Below are positions 18,896-28,280 of a stretch of 64,000 nucleotides of DNA, piece by piece. The stretch is from contig CALXCA010000001.1 in the NCBI GenBank assembly GCA_944386685.1, positions 10,931 to 74,930 of the forward strand. Reading direction: 5' to 3'. The notes beneath the pieces were generated by a model. That model saw only the letters and a list, made by a program, of their open reading frames with translations, was not told where the DNA came from and made no database searches. The DNA is from an uncultured Clostridia bacterium. Lineage in GTDB: Bacteria; Bacillota; Clostridia; TANB77; CAG-508. Both the position numbers and the translations under genes were made by a program. Position 1 is the stretch's first letter. Each line of letters starts with the position of its first letter.

Positions 18896-19384
18896 TTAAA
18901 AATTATGCAATTCTTTTATTATAAATTTTATTATTTTTATATAAATATTATTATTTTCTCCCTTAATTAAATCTATTTTTTTCTCCTGATTTTCTATTTT
19001 TTCATTATTAAGTTTTTCTATTTCTCTTTGTATACTCAAAATTATATAATCTTCTTTTACACTAGAAATTGATATTGTTGATTTTGAGTTAAAACCATAT
19101 GTTATAATTTTTAAAGGTTTATCTATTTCTATATTATTAAGTATTTGAATATTTATATCTGCATTTATAATAATGTATTTGGTTGTATTAATTAATTTTT
19201 TTATATATTCTTCTTCTTGTTTATTTAATACTAAATCCTTATTTATAATAATTTGCTCAAATTTAATATTTTTTAAATTTTCTATACTTTTATTATTTAT
19301 CTCAATAACTTCATACACTATATCTAGATTATTTTTTATTTCTTTAATATCTTTCTTTTTTGCAATTATTCCTATAAGAGACAT
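18896..19384 (-). CDS. Hypothetical protein
   Basis: Start moved to ATG 19382-19384, preceded by AAGGAGAG + 5 nt; the track start at 19414 lacks an RBS. No motif recognised. Confidence 0.4.
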   Translation of the reverse strand: MSLIGIIAKKKDIKEIKNNLDIVYEVIEINNKSIENLKNIKFEQIIINKDLVLNKQEEEYIKKLINTTKYIIINADINIQILNNIEIDKPLKIITYGFNSKSTISISSVKEDYIILSIQREIEKLNNEKIENQEKKIDLIKGENNNIYIKIIKFIIKELHNF

Positions 19385-19514
19385 TTTTTCTCTCCTTAAT
19401 TTTAATATGTACAAATATTCAATTTGAGTTTTATTGTATAAATTAAAGAAAAATCAAAGATTTTCTCGTTTTATTCTAATAAATTTATAATTATTATTCC
19501 CTTTATATGTATTT

Positions 19515-20285
19515 TTATTCAATATCTTGTAATATCTGTGTTCCATTACTATTAATTATATAATTTTCTTTATAAATTAAATCAGACACTTTTACAAAAT
19601 CATATCCTTGTTTTTTTATATTTTTTATTATTGTGTCTAAACTCTCTGCAGTATGTTCTGTTCCATTATGACTTAATATTATTGAACCATTTGATAATTT
19701 TCCTTTTATTCTATTCCACATTTCTTCACAATTTAGTCCCTCATAATCTAATGTATCTATATTCCATTGTATTGGAAAATATCCATTATTTCTTGATGTT
19801 TCTATTACAATGTCATTATATTCCCCATAAGGTGTCCTATATAAAGTTATTTTTTGATTTGTTAATTTTTCTAACTTGTTTACACTTATTTTTATTTCTT
19901 CTAAATTTTTTTCTGCTGAAAGATTATTTACATGTGGATGAGTATTACTATGTGTTCCTATTTCATGTCCCTCTTTTGAAATTTTCTTAACCTCTTCTGG
20001 ATACTTATCTGCCCATTCTCCTACTATAAAAAAAGTTATCTTTACATTGTTTGCCCTTAGTGTTTCTAATATACTATCTATATCATCAGCATTCCATGCA
20101 CAATTCATTGTAAATGCAATCTTTTTTTCTTCTGTTTGCACATTATAAATAGGCAAATTTTTTTCTAATGCTGATGTTTGTATTACATCATTTTTATCTA
20201 TATTTGCCAAAAATATTAACAATACTACTGTTAATACAGATACAACATATGTTTGAATTTTATCTTTACTAAATACCAAAAACAT
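19515..20285 (-). CDS. Polysaccharide deacetylase (NodB/PdaB-like) with N-terminal TM
   Basis: 256 aa. FTMNCAW..D, HEIGTHSNTHP and LSHNG NodB-type motifs. Confidence 0.85.
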   Translation of the reverse strand: MFLVFSKDKIQTYVVSVLTVVLLIFLANIDKNDVIQTSALEKNLPIYNVQTEEKKIAFTMNCAWNADDIDSILETLRANNVKITFFIVGEWADKYPEEVKKISKEGHEIGTHSNTHPHVNNLSAEKNLEEIKISVNKLEKLTNQKITLYRTPYGEYNDIVIETSRNNGYFPIQWNIDTLDYEGLNCEEMWNRIKGKLSNGSIILSHNGTEHTAESLDTIIKNIKKQGYDFVKVSDLIYKENYIINSNGTQILQDIE

Positions 20286-20340
20286 CTTTAACCTCCTGCT
20301 TATGATATTTAATATTTATGCTTCATTTATTTTTTTATTC

Positions 20341-20370
20341 AAAAAAAGAGCTTAGTTTTGTACTAAACTC
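20341..20370 (-). terminator. Rho-independent terminator after the ASCH/MazG-like gene
   Basis: On the minus strand: GAGTTTAGT-ACAAA-ACTAAGCTC followed by T7. The hairpin overlaps the TGA stop. Confidence 0.55.
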
Positions 20371-21073
20371 AATTTTTTCTAAATTCTTTATTTAATTCTT
20401 TTTCTTCTTCTAAATTTCTTTTTTCCTCATCAACATATTCTAAAAAAATTTTATTATTAAATGCACCTTTCCTCTCTTCTTTGGCTTTCATTACTCTTTC
20501 TATGTCTTTCATATTATAGCCCTTCAATTTCATTATAGCATTTATAACTTCCATTAAATCTCCAAGTTCTTCAATACTATTTTCTTCTATAAACTCATTA
20601 GCCTCTTCTAAAACTTTTTTATTTAATTCTTTCAAATATTCTGTATCATCAAGAATTCTATATTTACATTTTCTTCCTAGTTCATTGTTGATTTCTTCTG
20701 GTATTTTATCCCTTACTAATTTATTGTATTCATATCTGTAGTTATAATTTAATAATTTGATTCTTATCCCTACAACACCATATTGTTTTTCTTGTTCTTT
20801 TGAATAAAATTGATACATTGATTTCGTTTTTCTTGCTATTTCATTTTTATCTGTAAAAATCTTTTTAAATAAGTTTTCAAATGTTTCATCTCTGTATATA
20901 TCTAATACATCTACTAATATTTTTTCTTGTAAATCTGGTAATTTTGAGAATTCAATTTTATCTCCTATTTTTACTTTTTTTCTTTTTTCATCATATAATC
21001 TAAATTCTATTGTTTTAGTTCCATTTTTTATTCTTTCAAATGGACTTTCATTTAATTTCATTTCATGTATCAT
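20369..21073 (-). CDS. ASCH domain fused to an all-alpha MazG-like NTP pyrophosphohydrolase domain
   Basis: 234 aa. The N-terminus MKLNESPFERIKNGTKTIEFRLYDEKRKKVKIGDKIEF is ASCH-like. The C-terminus YNKLVRDKIPE...EEANEF...EELGDLMEVINAIM is MazG/PRA-PH-like. Confidence 0.6.
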   Translation of the reverse strand: MIHEMKLNESPFERIKNGTKTIEFRLYDEKRKKVKIGDKIEFSKLPDLQEKILVDVLDIYRDETFENLFKKIFTDKNEIARKTKSMYQFYSKEQEKQYGVVGIRIKLLNYNYRYEYNKLVRDKIPEEINNELGRKCKYRILDDTEYLKELNKKVLEEANEFIEENSIEELGDLMEVINAIMKLKGYNMKDIERVMKAKEERKGAFNNKIFLEYVDEEKRNLEEEKELNKEFRKN

Positions 21074-21457
21074 ATTTATACCTTTTACAATATAATAAAA
21101 TTTAAGATATTATACTTACCTTTCTTTAATAATTACTTTATTTTTAAAACAATTTAATTTATTTTTTAATATTTATTAATATTATAAAAATTAAAATTAT
21201 ATTTTTAAACAATTTTCATCTCTTAACTGTTTTTATTCAGGCACTATTTTTTTAACATTCTGCCAATTAATAAATGTATAATTTTCATCTAATACATCAA
21301 TTAATTCCATCTTTTTTTCGAATATATTATACCATAATTTTATGTATTTTTATATATTTTAATAAAATATTTTTCTTTGTAAGCAAAAAAATAGAGCCTA
21401 ATCTTTTCAATTCAATAACTTTATTTAATTGATAAATTTGGCTCTAAATTTTTATTA

Positions 21458-22771
21458 TTATTTAATTAATCTCTTTAATATATAAGTAAGTATAATTGTT
21501 ATTATAATAGATGTAAGTATAAATAATACTATTCTCAAATTAACTATACTTTCTCCTCCATATGGAGGTGTTACAACTATTGAATAAGAAGGAATCGTTG
21601 CCGCTCCATTTTCTGTGTCTCCACCTAATAAAAAAGTTGTTGAATGTTCAAAATTTGCATTTTCTGCTGATGATAAAATTTTTGAATAAACAATCTTTTT
21701 TGACAAACAGCCTTTTTTAGCAATTGAAGATGCTGTTGAATATACTACATCCTTATCTCCATCTTCATATAATTCCGAATCTCCTGTTTGAGTCCACCCA
21801 TAGTCTGCATTTGTCTTATCTTCTGTTAATAATTTTGCATCTGGGTTATATGCTAAATTACCATTTGTTAAATCTTCTATTTGTACACCATCAAGAGCAT
21901 AAGAAGATTTTATATTAATTTCATATTCTATTTCCATTTTAGCCCCCTGCATTAACTCACTATCTAATGTAATAACAACTTTGTCATCTAATATCATACA
22001 ATTTGGTGGTTCATCTGAAAATTCAAATTCTGTAACTACATTGTCTACCACTTCTCCCTCTATTGTACTTATAGCATTAGAAACATCTCCGCCATTTACT
22101 CCACTACTAGAAACCTGCACTCTACACACTCCAACTCCACTTGCTTCCATACTTGATAGTGCATTATTAGTTTCTTCACCATCAGCCAACGCAAAGTCTG
22201 AGAATATAACACAATATTGATATGTATGATCATTTTTTCCACCACTTAATAATTCATCTGCTAATCCTACTGCAGGAGCCATATATGTATAATTATCCAT
22301 AACTTCTGTACTATCTATTGCTCCTATAATTTCATCACCAGAACCTGTCAACCCAACATTTGTTTCTGCATCTAAAGCAAATGAAACTAATCCAATTTCT
22401 GTATCCACTCCAAGTCTGTCCATTAATGATTGCACTAAATTTTTTGCCGCTTCTTGTGCCTCTTTCAATACATCTCCAGTCATACTAGAAGATAAATCTA
22501 GTATAATTACAACCTGAACATTTCTTCCTTGTTCCGTAACTATCTGATAAGTATCACCAGATACTGTAGAATAAGCAAGTACAGCACCATTTGCAAGAGT
22601 TAATCTAAAAGCTCTCATTTCCGAATACGCTATTACTTTACCATCATAAAGTCCATTGTATAATTCTGTTGTCGCTGGTGTAAAGCCATAACATGCAGTA
22701 GCAAAAACAAAAGCAATAATAAATATTGTAATTACAATAAATATTATTTTTCTTTTTATCATATTTATCAC
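21458..22771 (-). CDS. von Willebrand factor A (vWA) domain surface protein with C-terminal TPPYG + TM + basic tail
   Basis: 437 aa. N-terminal signal/TM. MIDAS VQVVIILDLSSSMTGD. C-terminus IVVTPPYGGESIVNLRIVLFILTSIIITIILTYILKRLIK. Confidence 0.8.
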   Translation of the reverse strand: MINMIKRKIIFIVITIFIIAFVFATACYGFTPATTELYNGLYDGKVIAYSEMRAFRLTLANGAVLAYSTVSGDTYQIVTEQGRNVQVVIILDLSSSMTGDVLKEAQEAAKNLVQSLMDRLGVDTEIGLVSFALDAETNVGLTGSGDEIIGAIDSTEVMDNYTYMAPAVGLADELLSGGKNDHTYQYCVIFSDFALADGEETNNALSSMEASGVGVCRVQVSSSGVNGGDVSNAISTIEGEVVDNVVTEFEFSDEPPNCMILDDKVVITLDSELMQGAKMEIEYEINIKSSYALDGVQIEDLTNGNLAYNPDAKLLTEDKTNADYGWTQTGDSELYEDGDKDVVYSTASSIAKKGCLSKKIVYSKILSSAENANFEHSTTFLLGGDTENGAATIPSYSIVVTPPYGGESIVNLRIVLFILTSIIITIILTYILKRLIK

Positions 22772-23113
22772 TCTCCTTTATTACAAACATATTTATGTTT
22801 ACCTTTAATTCCCATTATAATACTTATTTTTTAAATTGTCAACATTATGTATACTTAATGTTAGGGAAATACTACTTTCAAATAAATATACAAAAGCATA
22901 TTTTTCTTATGAATTTTTATAAAGTCTATAATTCAAGAATTTATATTAAATTACAAAACCAAAAAAACACTGTTATTAACATCTATTTGAGCGATGCACT
23001 TTTAATAAATAGGAAAAAAACAATTTTTTTTTATTTTATCTTTAAGCCTATGTAGTTTAAAGTTTAATATTGTTTCCTATTTAATAAAAAAATTAATAAC
23101 AATGTTTTTATTT

Positions 23114-23653
23114 TTATAAGTTTAATTCTAATATTTCACAATTTTCCATTCTAATATCAGATAAATTTTTACTATCTGGCATTTTGCAATAATATGCTTT
23201 TAATACTTTCGCTATGCCTCCATGTGCTACAACTAGAATTGATTTATCATCATATTTTTGCTTTAAATCTTCTATAAAACCTAATATTCTATCTTTAAAT
23301 TCCTTTAAATTTTCTCCATTAGGAATATCAAAATTTAAATTACAATCCCAAATTTGTTTTTCCATATCTGGTGTAACTGGATATCCTTCAAATTTTCCTA
23401 ATTTCCTTTCTCTCATTCTTTCATCAATTATAATTGGTATATTTTTATCTTTATTTATAATTTCTGCAGTTTGTTTAGCCCTATTCATTGGTGAGCATAT
23501 TATTATATCATATTTTGCATTTTTTAGTATTTCACTTGTTTTGTTTGCTTGCATAATTCCTGTTTCATTTAAGTCTTTTTCTGTTCCTCCACCTTGCATT
23601 TTTTTTGTTAAATTAAAATCTGTTTGACCATGTCTAACATAATAAATTTTCAT
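23114..23653 (-). CDS. Histidine phosphatase family protein (GpmB/CobC-like)
   Basis: 179 aa. MKIYYVRHGQTDFN (RHG motif), plus VVAHGG. Confidence 0.85.
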   Translation of the reverse strand: MKIYYVRHGQTDFNLTKKMQGGGTEKDLNETGIMQANKTSEILKNAKYDIIICSPMNRAKQTAEIINKDKNIPIIIDERMRERKLGKFEGYPVTPDMEKQIWDCNLNFDIPNGENLKEFKDRILGFIEDLKQKYDDKSILVVAHGGIAKVLKAYYCKMPDSKNLSDIRMENCEILELNL

Positions 23654-23658
23654 ATATT

Positions 23659-24462
23659 TTACAAGCCCTTTCTTGTTATTTTCTGTCTAACATATTCATA
23701 CATAACAATCCCTGCTGCAACAGATGCATTTAAGCTCTCTGTTCTTCCTAACATTGGAATTTTTGCTTTTTCATCAGCTAAATCTTGAATTTCTTTAGAA
23801 ACCCCATTAGCTTCATTCCCTATAACTATTATTTTTTTACTAAAATCAATATCATAAATACTATTTTCTGTTTGTAATGATGTTACTAAAAGTTTAAAAT
23901 GATGTTTTCTTAATTCTTTAATTGTTTTTATTAAATCATCTTCTTCTATAATTTTTAATCTAAAAATTGCTCCCATTGTTGAACGTACCACTTTAGAATT
24001 AAATGAATCAGCAGTTCCTTTAGAAACTATTATTTGATTAAGTCCAATACTATCTACTGTTCTTAATATTGTGCCTAAATTTCCTGGGTCTTGCACATCA
24101 TCTAGCATTACAATTATATCCTGATTATAATCTATTTGCATATTTTCATCTTGTTTTTCTATAATTGCCATAACTCCTTGTGGATTTGTAACTTGAGTTA
24201 TATAATTAAATATTTTATCAGAAACATATATACAATCAAATTTAGCAATTTCTAACATAATATGAGTAGGAATTTCATAAGTTTTAGTTGTATCATTACA
24301 TACAATTACTTGTTTTATTTTTGCATTTTCTTTAATTGCTTCTTCAACAATTTTTACACCTTCTACAACATACTCATTATATTCATCACGATATTTTTTT
24401 TCCTTTAATTTACGTATATGTTTTATAATTTCATTATCTTTACTTGTAATAATATGCATCAT
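23659..24462 (-). CDS. TrmH/SpoU-family RNA 2'-O-methyltransferase
   Basis: 267 aa. SpoU motifs DDVQDPGNLGTILRT, VIGNEANGVS and SLNASVAAGI. Confidence 0.85.
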   Translation of the reverse strand: MMHIITSKDNEIIKHIRKLKEKKYRDEYNEYVVEGVKIVEEAIKENAKIKQVIVCNDTTKTYEIPTHIMLEIAKFDCIYVSDKIFNYITQVTNPQGVMAIIEKQDENMQIDYNQDIIVMLDDVQDPGNLGTILRTVDSIGLNQIIVSKGTADSFNSKVVRSTMGAIFRLKIIEEDDLIKTIKELRKHHFKLLVTSLQTENSIYDIDFSKKIIVIGNEANGVSKEIQDLADEKAKIPMLGRTESLNASVAAGIVMYEYVRQKITRKGL

Positions 24463-24489
24463 TTTCTCCTTTTTTATTAATCTTTTTAT

Positions 24490-27400
24490 TTATTTTTGTA
24501 TAGAAATCATATATTCTAAAAAATTCTTAACTTCTTTTAACATTTTCATTCCAGTCGAATTTTCTAAAACAAGTGTAATTTGAGGTTTAACTCCTTGAGA
24601 AAATCTTATTTTATTTTTATAAGTTTTAGCCAATTCATTTACATCTAAATTTAATTCACCTGCTTCAAACATTAATACCACAAAATTCTTTCTTCCTTGA
24701 GCTTTTCCAATATTTAGTTTTTTACATAAAATTTTAATTCTTGCAATCTCTAATAAGTTTTCAATTTCTTTAGGCATATTTCCATATCTATCTATCATTT
24801 CATCAACTACATTTTGAATATCTTCTTCATTTTTACATAATGCAATATCCTGATATATTTCAATTTTTTGACTTGAATCAGATATATATTCATCTGGTAT
24901 ATAACATGTTGCATCTAAATCTATTTGTACATCAATTTCTGGTTTAACTTCCTCACCTTTCATTTCTTTTACAACTTCATCTAATAAATTGCAATAAGTA
25001 TCATATCCAACTTGTTCTAAATGCCCACTTTGAATTTCTCCAAGTAAGCTACCTGCACCTCTTATTTCTAAGTCCCTCATAGCAATTTTAAAACCAGAAC
25101 CAAATTCTGTAAATTCTTTTATTGCTTTTAATCTTTTATCTGCAACTTCTGATAATAATTTGTCTTTTTTATATGTTATATATGCATATCCTTGCCTATC
25201 AGATCTTCCTACTCTTCCTCTAATTTGATATAATTGAGCTAACCCCATTCTATCTGCATTTTCTACAATAATTGTATTTGCATTTGGAATATCAATTCCA
25301 GATTCTAATATTGTTGTACATACTAATACATTAGTTTTTCCATCAACAAATTCTCCCATAATATCTTCTATTTCATGTCCTGTCATTTGTCCATGTGCAT
25401 AAACAACTTTAGCTTCTGGTACTAAATTTGATATTTCATTTGCTTTTTGCATAATCTTTTCTACATTATTAAACAAATAAAATACTTGACCATTTCTTTC
25501 TAATTCTTTTGTAATTGCTTCTCTAATAACTTCTTGGTCATATTCTAATACATATGTTTGAACTGGTTTTCTATTATATGGTGGCTCATATATTACAGAC
25601 ATATCTCTAACACCTACAATTGACATATGTAGTGTTCTTGGAATAGGTGTTGCAGTCATTGTTAAAACATCTATAGTTTCTTTATATTGCTTTATTTTTT
25701 CTTTATCTCTTACCCCAAAGCGATGTTCCTCATCAATTATTAGTAATCCTAAATCTTTAAATTCTACATCTTTACTTAAAATTCTATGTGTACCAATAAC
25801 TATATCAACTTCTCCAAGTTTTAATCTTTTAATAATCTCTGTTTGTTGCTTTCTAGTTTTAAATCTATTTAAAACTTCAACTTTTACTCCAAAATTCAAC
25901 ATTCTATCTCTAAATTCTTTATATTGTTGTTCTGCCAATACTGTTGTTGGAGCTAAATATGCAACTTGTTTTCCACTCATAACTGCTTTAAATGCAGCTC
26001 TAATTGCAACTTCTGTTTTTCCATATCCAACATCTCCGCAAAGAAGTCTGTCCATAGGTTTATCCATTTCCATATCTTTTTTTACTTCTTCAATACATCT
26101 TAACTGGTCATCTGTTTCTTGATATGGAAAACTATCTTCAAACTGTGTTTGCCAAGGTGTATCTGGTGCAAAAGCATATCCTTTTGCTTTTTCTCTTCTT
26201 GCATATAATTCTATTAATTCTCTTGCAACTTGCCTTAAATTCTTCTTTACTTTTGCTTTTGTATTTAGCCATTCTTTTGTACCTAATTTATTAATTTTAA
26301 GTCCATTCTCATCTCCACCAACATATTTTCTAACACTATCTAATTGGTTTGTTGGAACATATAAAATATCATCTCCATAATATTTTATTTTTATATAATC
26401 TTTTGTTGTTCCATCAGCAGTAATAGTATTTACACCTATAAAAATTCCTATACCATAATTTTTATGTACAACATAATCTCCTATTTTTAAATCTGCATAT
26501 ACAACTTTTTCTCCCTCTTTAAATGCTGATGATTTATATTTTTTTCTTTTTTCACCTTCAATTAATTCTTGTGATGTTATAACAATTTGATTTGTATCAA
26601 AACATTCAAAGCCAGAAGATAATTTTCCAATACTAACTGTAGCAAAACTTTCTTCACTTTTTGCTATTATTTGTTGGTTTAATTTTTCTTCAAATTTATA
26701 TAAAATTTCTTGTTCATCTAATAATGAACATATTTTTTTTGCTTTTTCTTTTGTTTCTGCTAAAATATAAACTTTAGTTTTATTTTCTTGTGCTTTTAAA
26801 ATTTCTTTAAAAAATATTTCTATCTCTGTTTTTACAAAATTCTTCTCTTTATAAACCCAGTTGTATTTTTCGGCTTGTAATTTAATATCATTATCTAATT
26901 TCTCTATATAAATAATATGTTTACTTTCTAGTTTTTCTTGAATTTGTTCAAAATTACATATGTTTTTAATTGCATCTGGAACAATTTTTTCTTTATCCAT
27001 TAATAATTGAATTATATTTTGACTATCCTTATTTACATTTATAGCTCTTTGTTTTATTTTTGTAATTTCATCCAAAACAACCAAAAATTTATTTGATAAA
27101 TAATCTAAAATAGTTTCTTGCTCATCATAAAAAGCATCAAAGTATTTATCAATTTTGTTTATATAATTTCCTATTTTAATTATTTCTATATCTTGTTCAA
27201 TTTGGTTTTGTACTTTTTCATTAAATACTGTTTTTCTAATTTTTGAAATTACAGAATCAATTGATTTTTCTAAAATATACTCATGAGCTGGATAAATTGT
27301 AATTTTATCTATATTTTCAGTAGATCTTTGACTAATTATATTAAAATATCTTATAGAATCAATCTCATCTCCCCAAAACTCAATTCTAATTCCTTCTTTT

Positions 27401-27954
27401 TCTGTAAGAGATATATCAACAATTCCACCTCTTACACTAAATTGTCCTCTTCCTTCTATTAAATCACATCTTGAGTACCCCAAATCAACTAATATTTTTT
27501 TTAATTCTTCTAGATTTAAAATATCTCCAACTTTAAGTTTTAAAACATTTTTATATAATGCTTTTTTACTAATCATTTTTTGAAGAGCCGTTTCAATTGT
27601 TGTTATTATTATACCAGTTTTCATCTCTTGAATTTTATTTAATATTTCAATTCTTTCATAAGGTAAATCTTTGCTTTCTGCAACATAATCATATGTTACA
27701 ACTTCCTTTTTTGGTAAATAATAAACTTTGTCTGTAAAATATTTAACATCTTCTAAAACTTTTTTTGCTTGAATTTCATTATAAGTTAAAATACAAATTG
27801 GTCTTTTTGTAAATTCACTTGTTGCAGAAATCATTTGTACCATTCCAACGTCTGTTAAGCCCGATAAAGCTATCGGGCTTGTATTTTTTTCTATTGAATT
27901 AATATATTCTTTAAATTTAGGATTTTTTCCTAGTTCTCCTAATATAGTATTCAT
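24490..27954 (-). CDS. mfd: Transcription-repair coupling factor
   Basis: 1154 aa. UvrB-homology N-terminus, CarD-like domain (GDYVVHKNYGIGIF), DEAD/DEAH helicase motifs (GDVGYGKTEVA, DEEHRFG, QLYQIRGRVGR), TRCF C-terminus. Confidence 0.95.
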   Translation of the reverse strand: MNTILGELGKNPKFKEYINSIEKNTSPIALSGLTDVGMVQMISATSEFTKRPICILTYNEIQAKKVLEDVKYFTDKVYYLPKKEVVTYDYVAESKDLPYERIEILNKIQEMKTGIIITTIETALQKMISKKALYKNVLKLKVGDILNLEELKKILVDLGYSRCDLIEGRGQFSVRGGIVDISLTEKEGIRIEFWGDEIDSIRYFNIISQRSTENIDKITIYPAHEYILEKSIDSVISKIRKTVFNEKVQNQIEQDIEIIKIGNYINKIDKYFDAFYDEQETILDYLSNKFLVVLDEITKIKQRAINVNKDSQNIIQLLMDKEKIVPDAIKNICNFEQIQEKLESKHIIYIEKLDNDIKLQAEKYNWVYKEKNFVKTEIEIFFKEILKAQENKTKVYILAETKEKAKKICSLLDEQEILYKFEEKLNQQIIAKSEESFATVSIGKLSSGFECFDTNQIVITSQELIEGEKRKKYKSSAFKEGEKVVYADLKIGDYVVHKNYGIGIFIGVNTITADGTTKDYIKIKYYGDDILYVPTNQLDSVRKYVGGDENGLKINKLGTKEWLNTKAKVKKNLRQVARELIELYARREKAKGYAFAPDTPWQTQFEDSFPYQETDDQLRCIEEVKKDMEMDKPMDRLLCGDVGYGKTEVAIRAAFKAVMSGKQVAYLAPTTVLAEQQYKEFRDRMLNFGVKVEVLNRFKTRKQQTEIIKRLKLGEVDIVIGTHRILSKDVEFKDLGLLIIDEEHRFGVRDKEKIKQYKETIDVLTMTATPIPRTLHMSIVGVRDMSVIYEPPYNRKPVQTYVLEYDQEVIREAITKELERNGQVFYLFNNVEKIMQKANEISNLVPEAKVVYAHGQMTGHEIEDIMGEFVDGKTNVLVCTTILESGIDIPNANTIIVENADRMGLAQLYQIRGRVGRSDRQGYAYITYKKDKLLSEVADKRLKAIKEFTEFGSGFKIAMRDLEIRGAGSLLGEIQSGHLEQVGYDTYCNLLDEVVKEMKGEEVKPEIDVQIDLDATCYIPDEYISDSSQKIEIYQDIALCKNEEDIQNVVDEMIDRYGNMPKEIENLLEIARIKILCKKLNIGKAQGRKNFVVLMFEAGELNLDVNELAKTYKNKIRFSQGVKPQITLVLENSTGMKMLKEVKNFLEYMISIQK

Positions 27955-27978
27955 TTTTTATTGATAATCCTTATATAA

Positions 27979-28016
27979 AATATTTAGGTTTTTAAAATGG
28001 CTTTACCTATAAACCC
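27979..28016 (-). promoter_or_regulatory. Conserved upstream module, copy c
   Basis: TATTTAGG starts 27 nt from the mfd start codon at 27954. Confidence 0.4.
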
Positions 28017-28028
28017 AACAGAAATCTA

Positions 28029-28242
28029 TTTTATAAATATTTATATATTAATATTTTATAAATTTTTCGGCTCATTACAATATTCAAGAATTTGTAATAT
28101 GATTTATTGAGCCTCTTTCACTCAGACCCTCTCGTAAACTCGAGTACCGTGAACATCCCTCAATAAATCATATAACAAATTCTAAAATATTTTCAATCGC
28201 ATTCAAAATTTAAATAATATTAATATATAAATATTTATAAAA
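28029..28242. mobile_element. MITE-like long-hairpin element, copy 2 (core 28112-28159), nested inside a perfect 27-bp AT palindrome
   Basis: The core differs from copy 1 at 2 of 48 positions. The outer perfect inverted repeat is TTTTATAAATATTTATATATTAATATT (28029-28055) / its complement (28216-28242). Confidence 0.65.
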
Positions 28243-28280
28243 TAATTATCAGTTATAAATTAAAAATTATTTATTAATAT

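Noticed and set aside
22795-23055. The 86-aa plus-strand ORF in the vWA / histidine-phosphatase intergenic region
   Set aside because: No RBS, an AT-driven low-complexity translation, and a position consistent with the promoter region of the vWA gene.
28112-28159. Hammerhead-like string CUGAGUGAAAG on the reverse strand of the 48-nt core
   Set aside because: There is no helix II between a CUGANGA box and GAAA. The CUGA is also not conserved in copy 1, which reads CGGAGUGAAAG. No other ribozyme core could be recognised.
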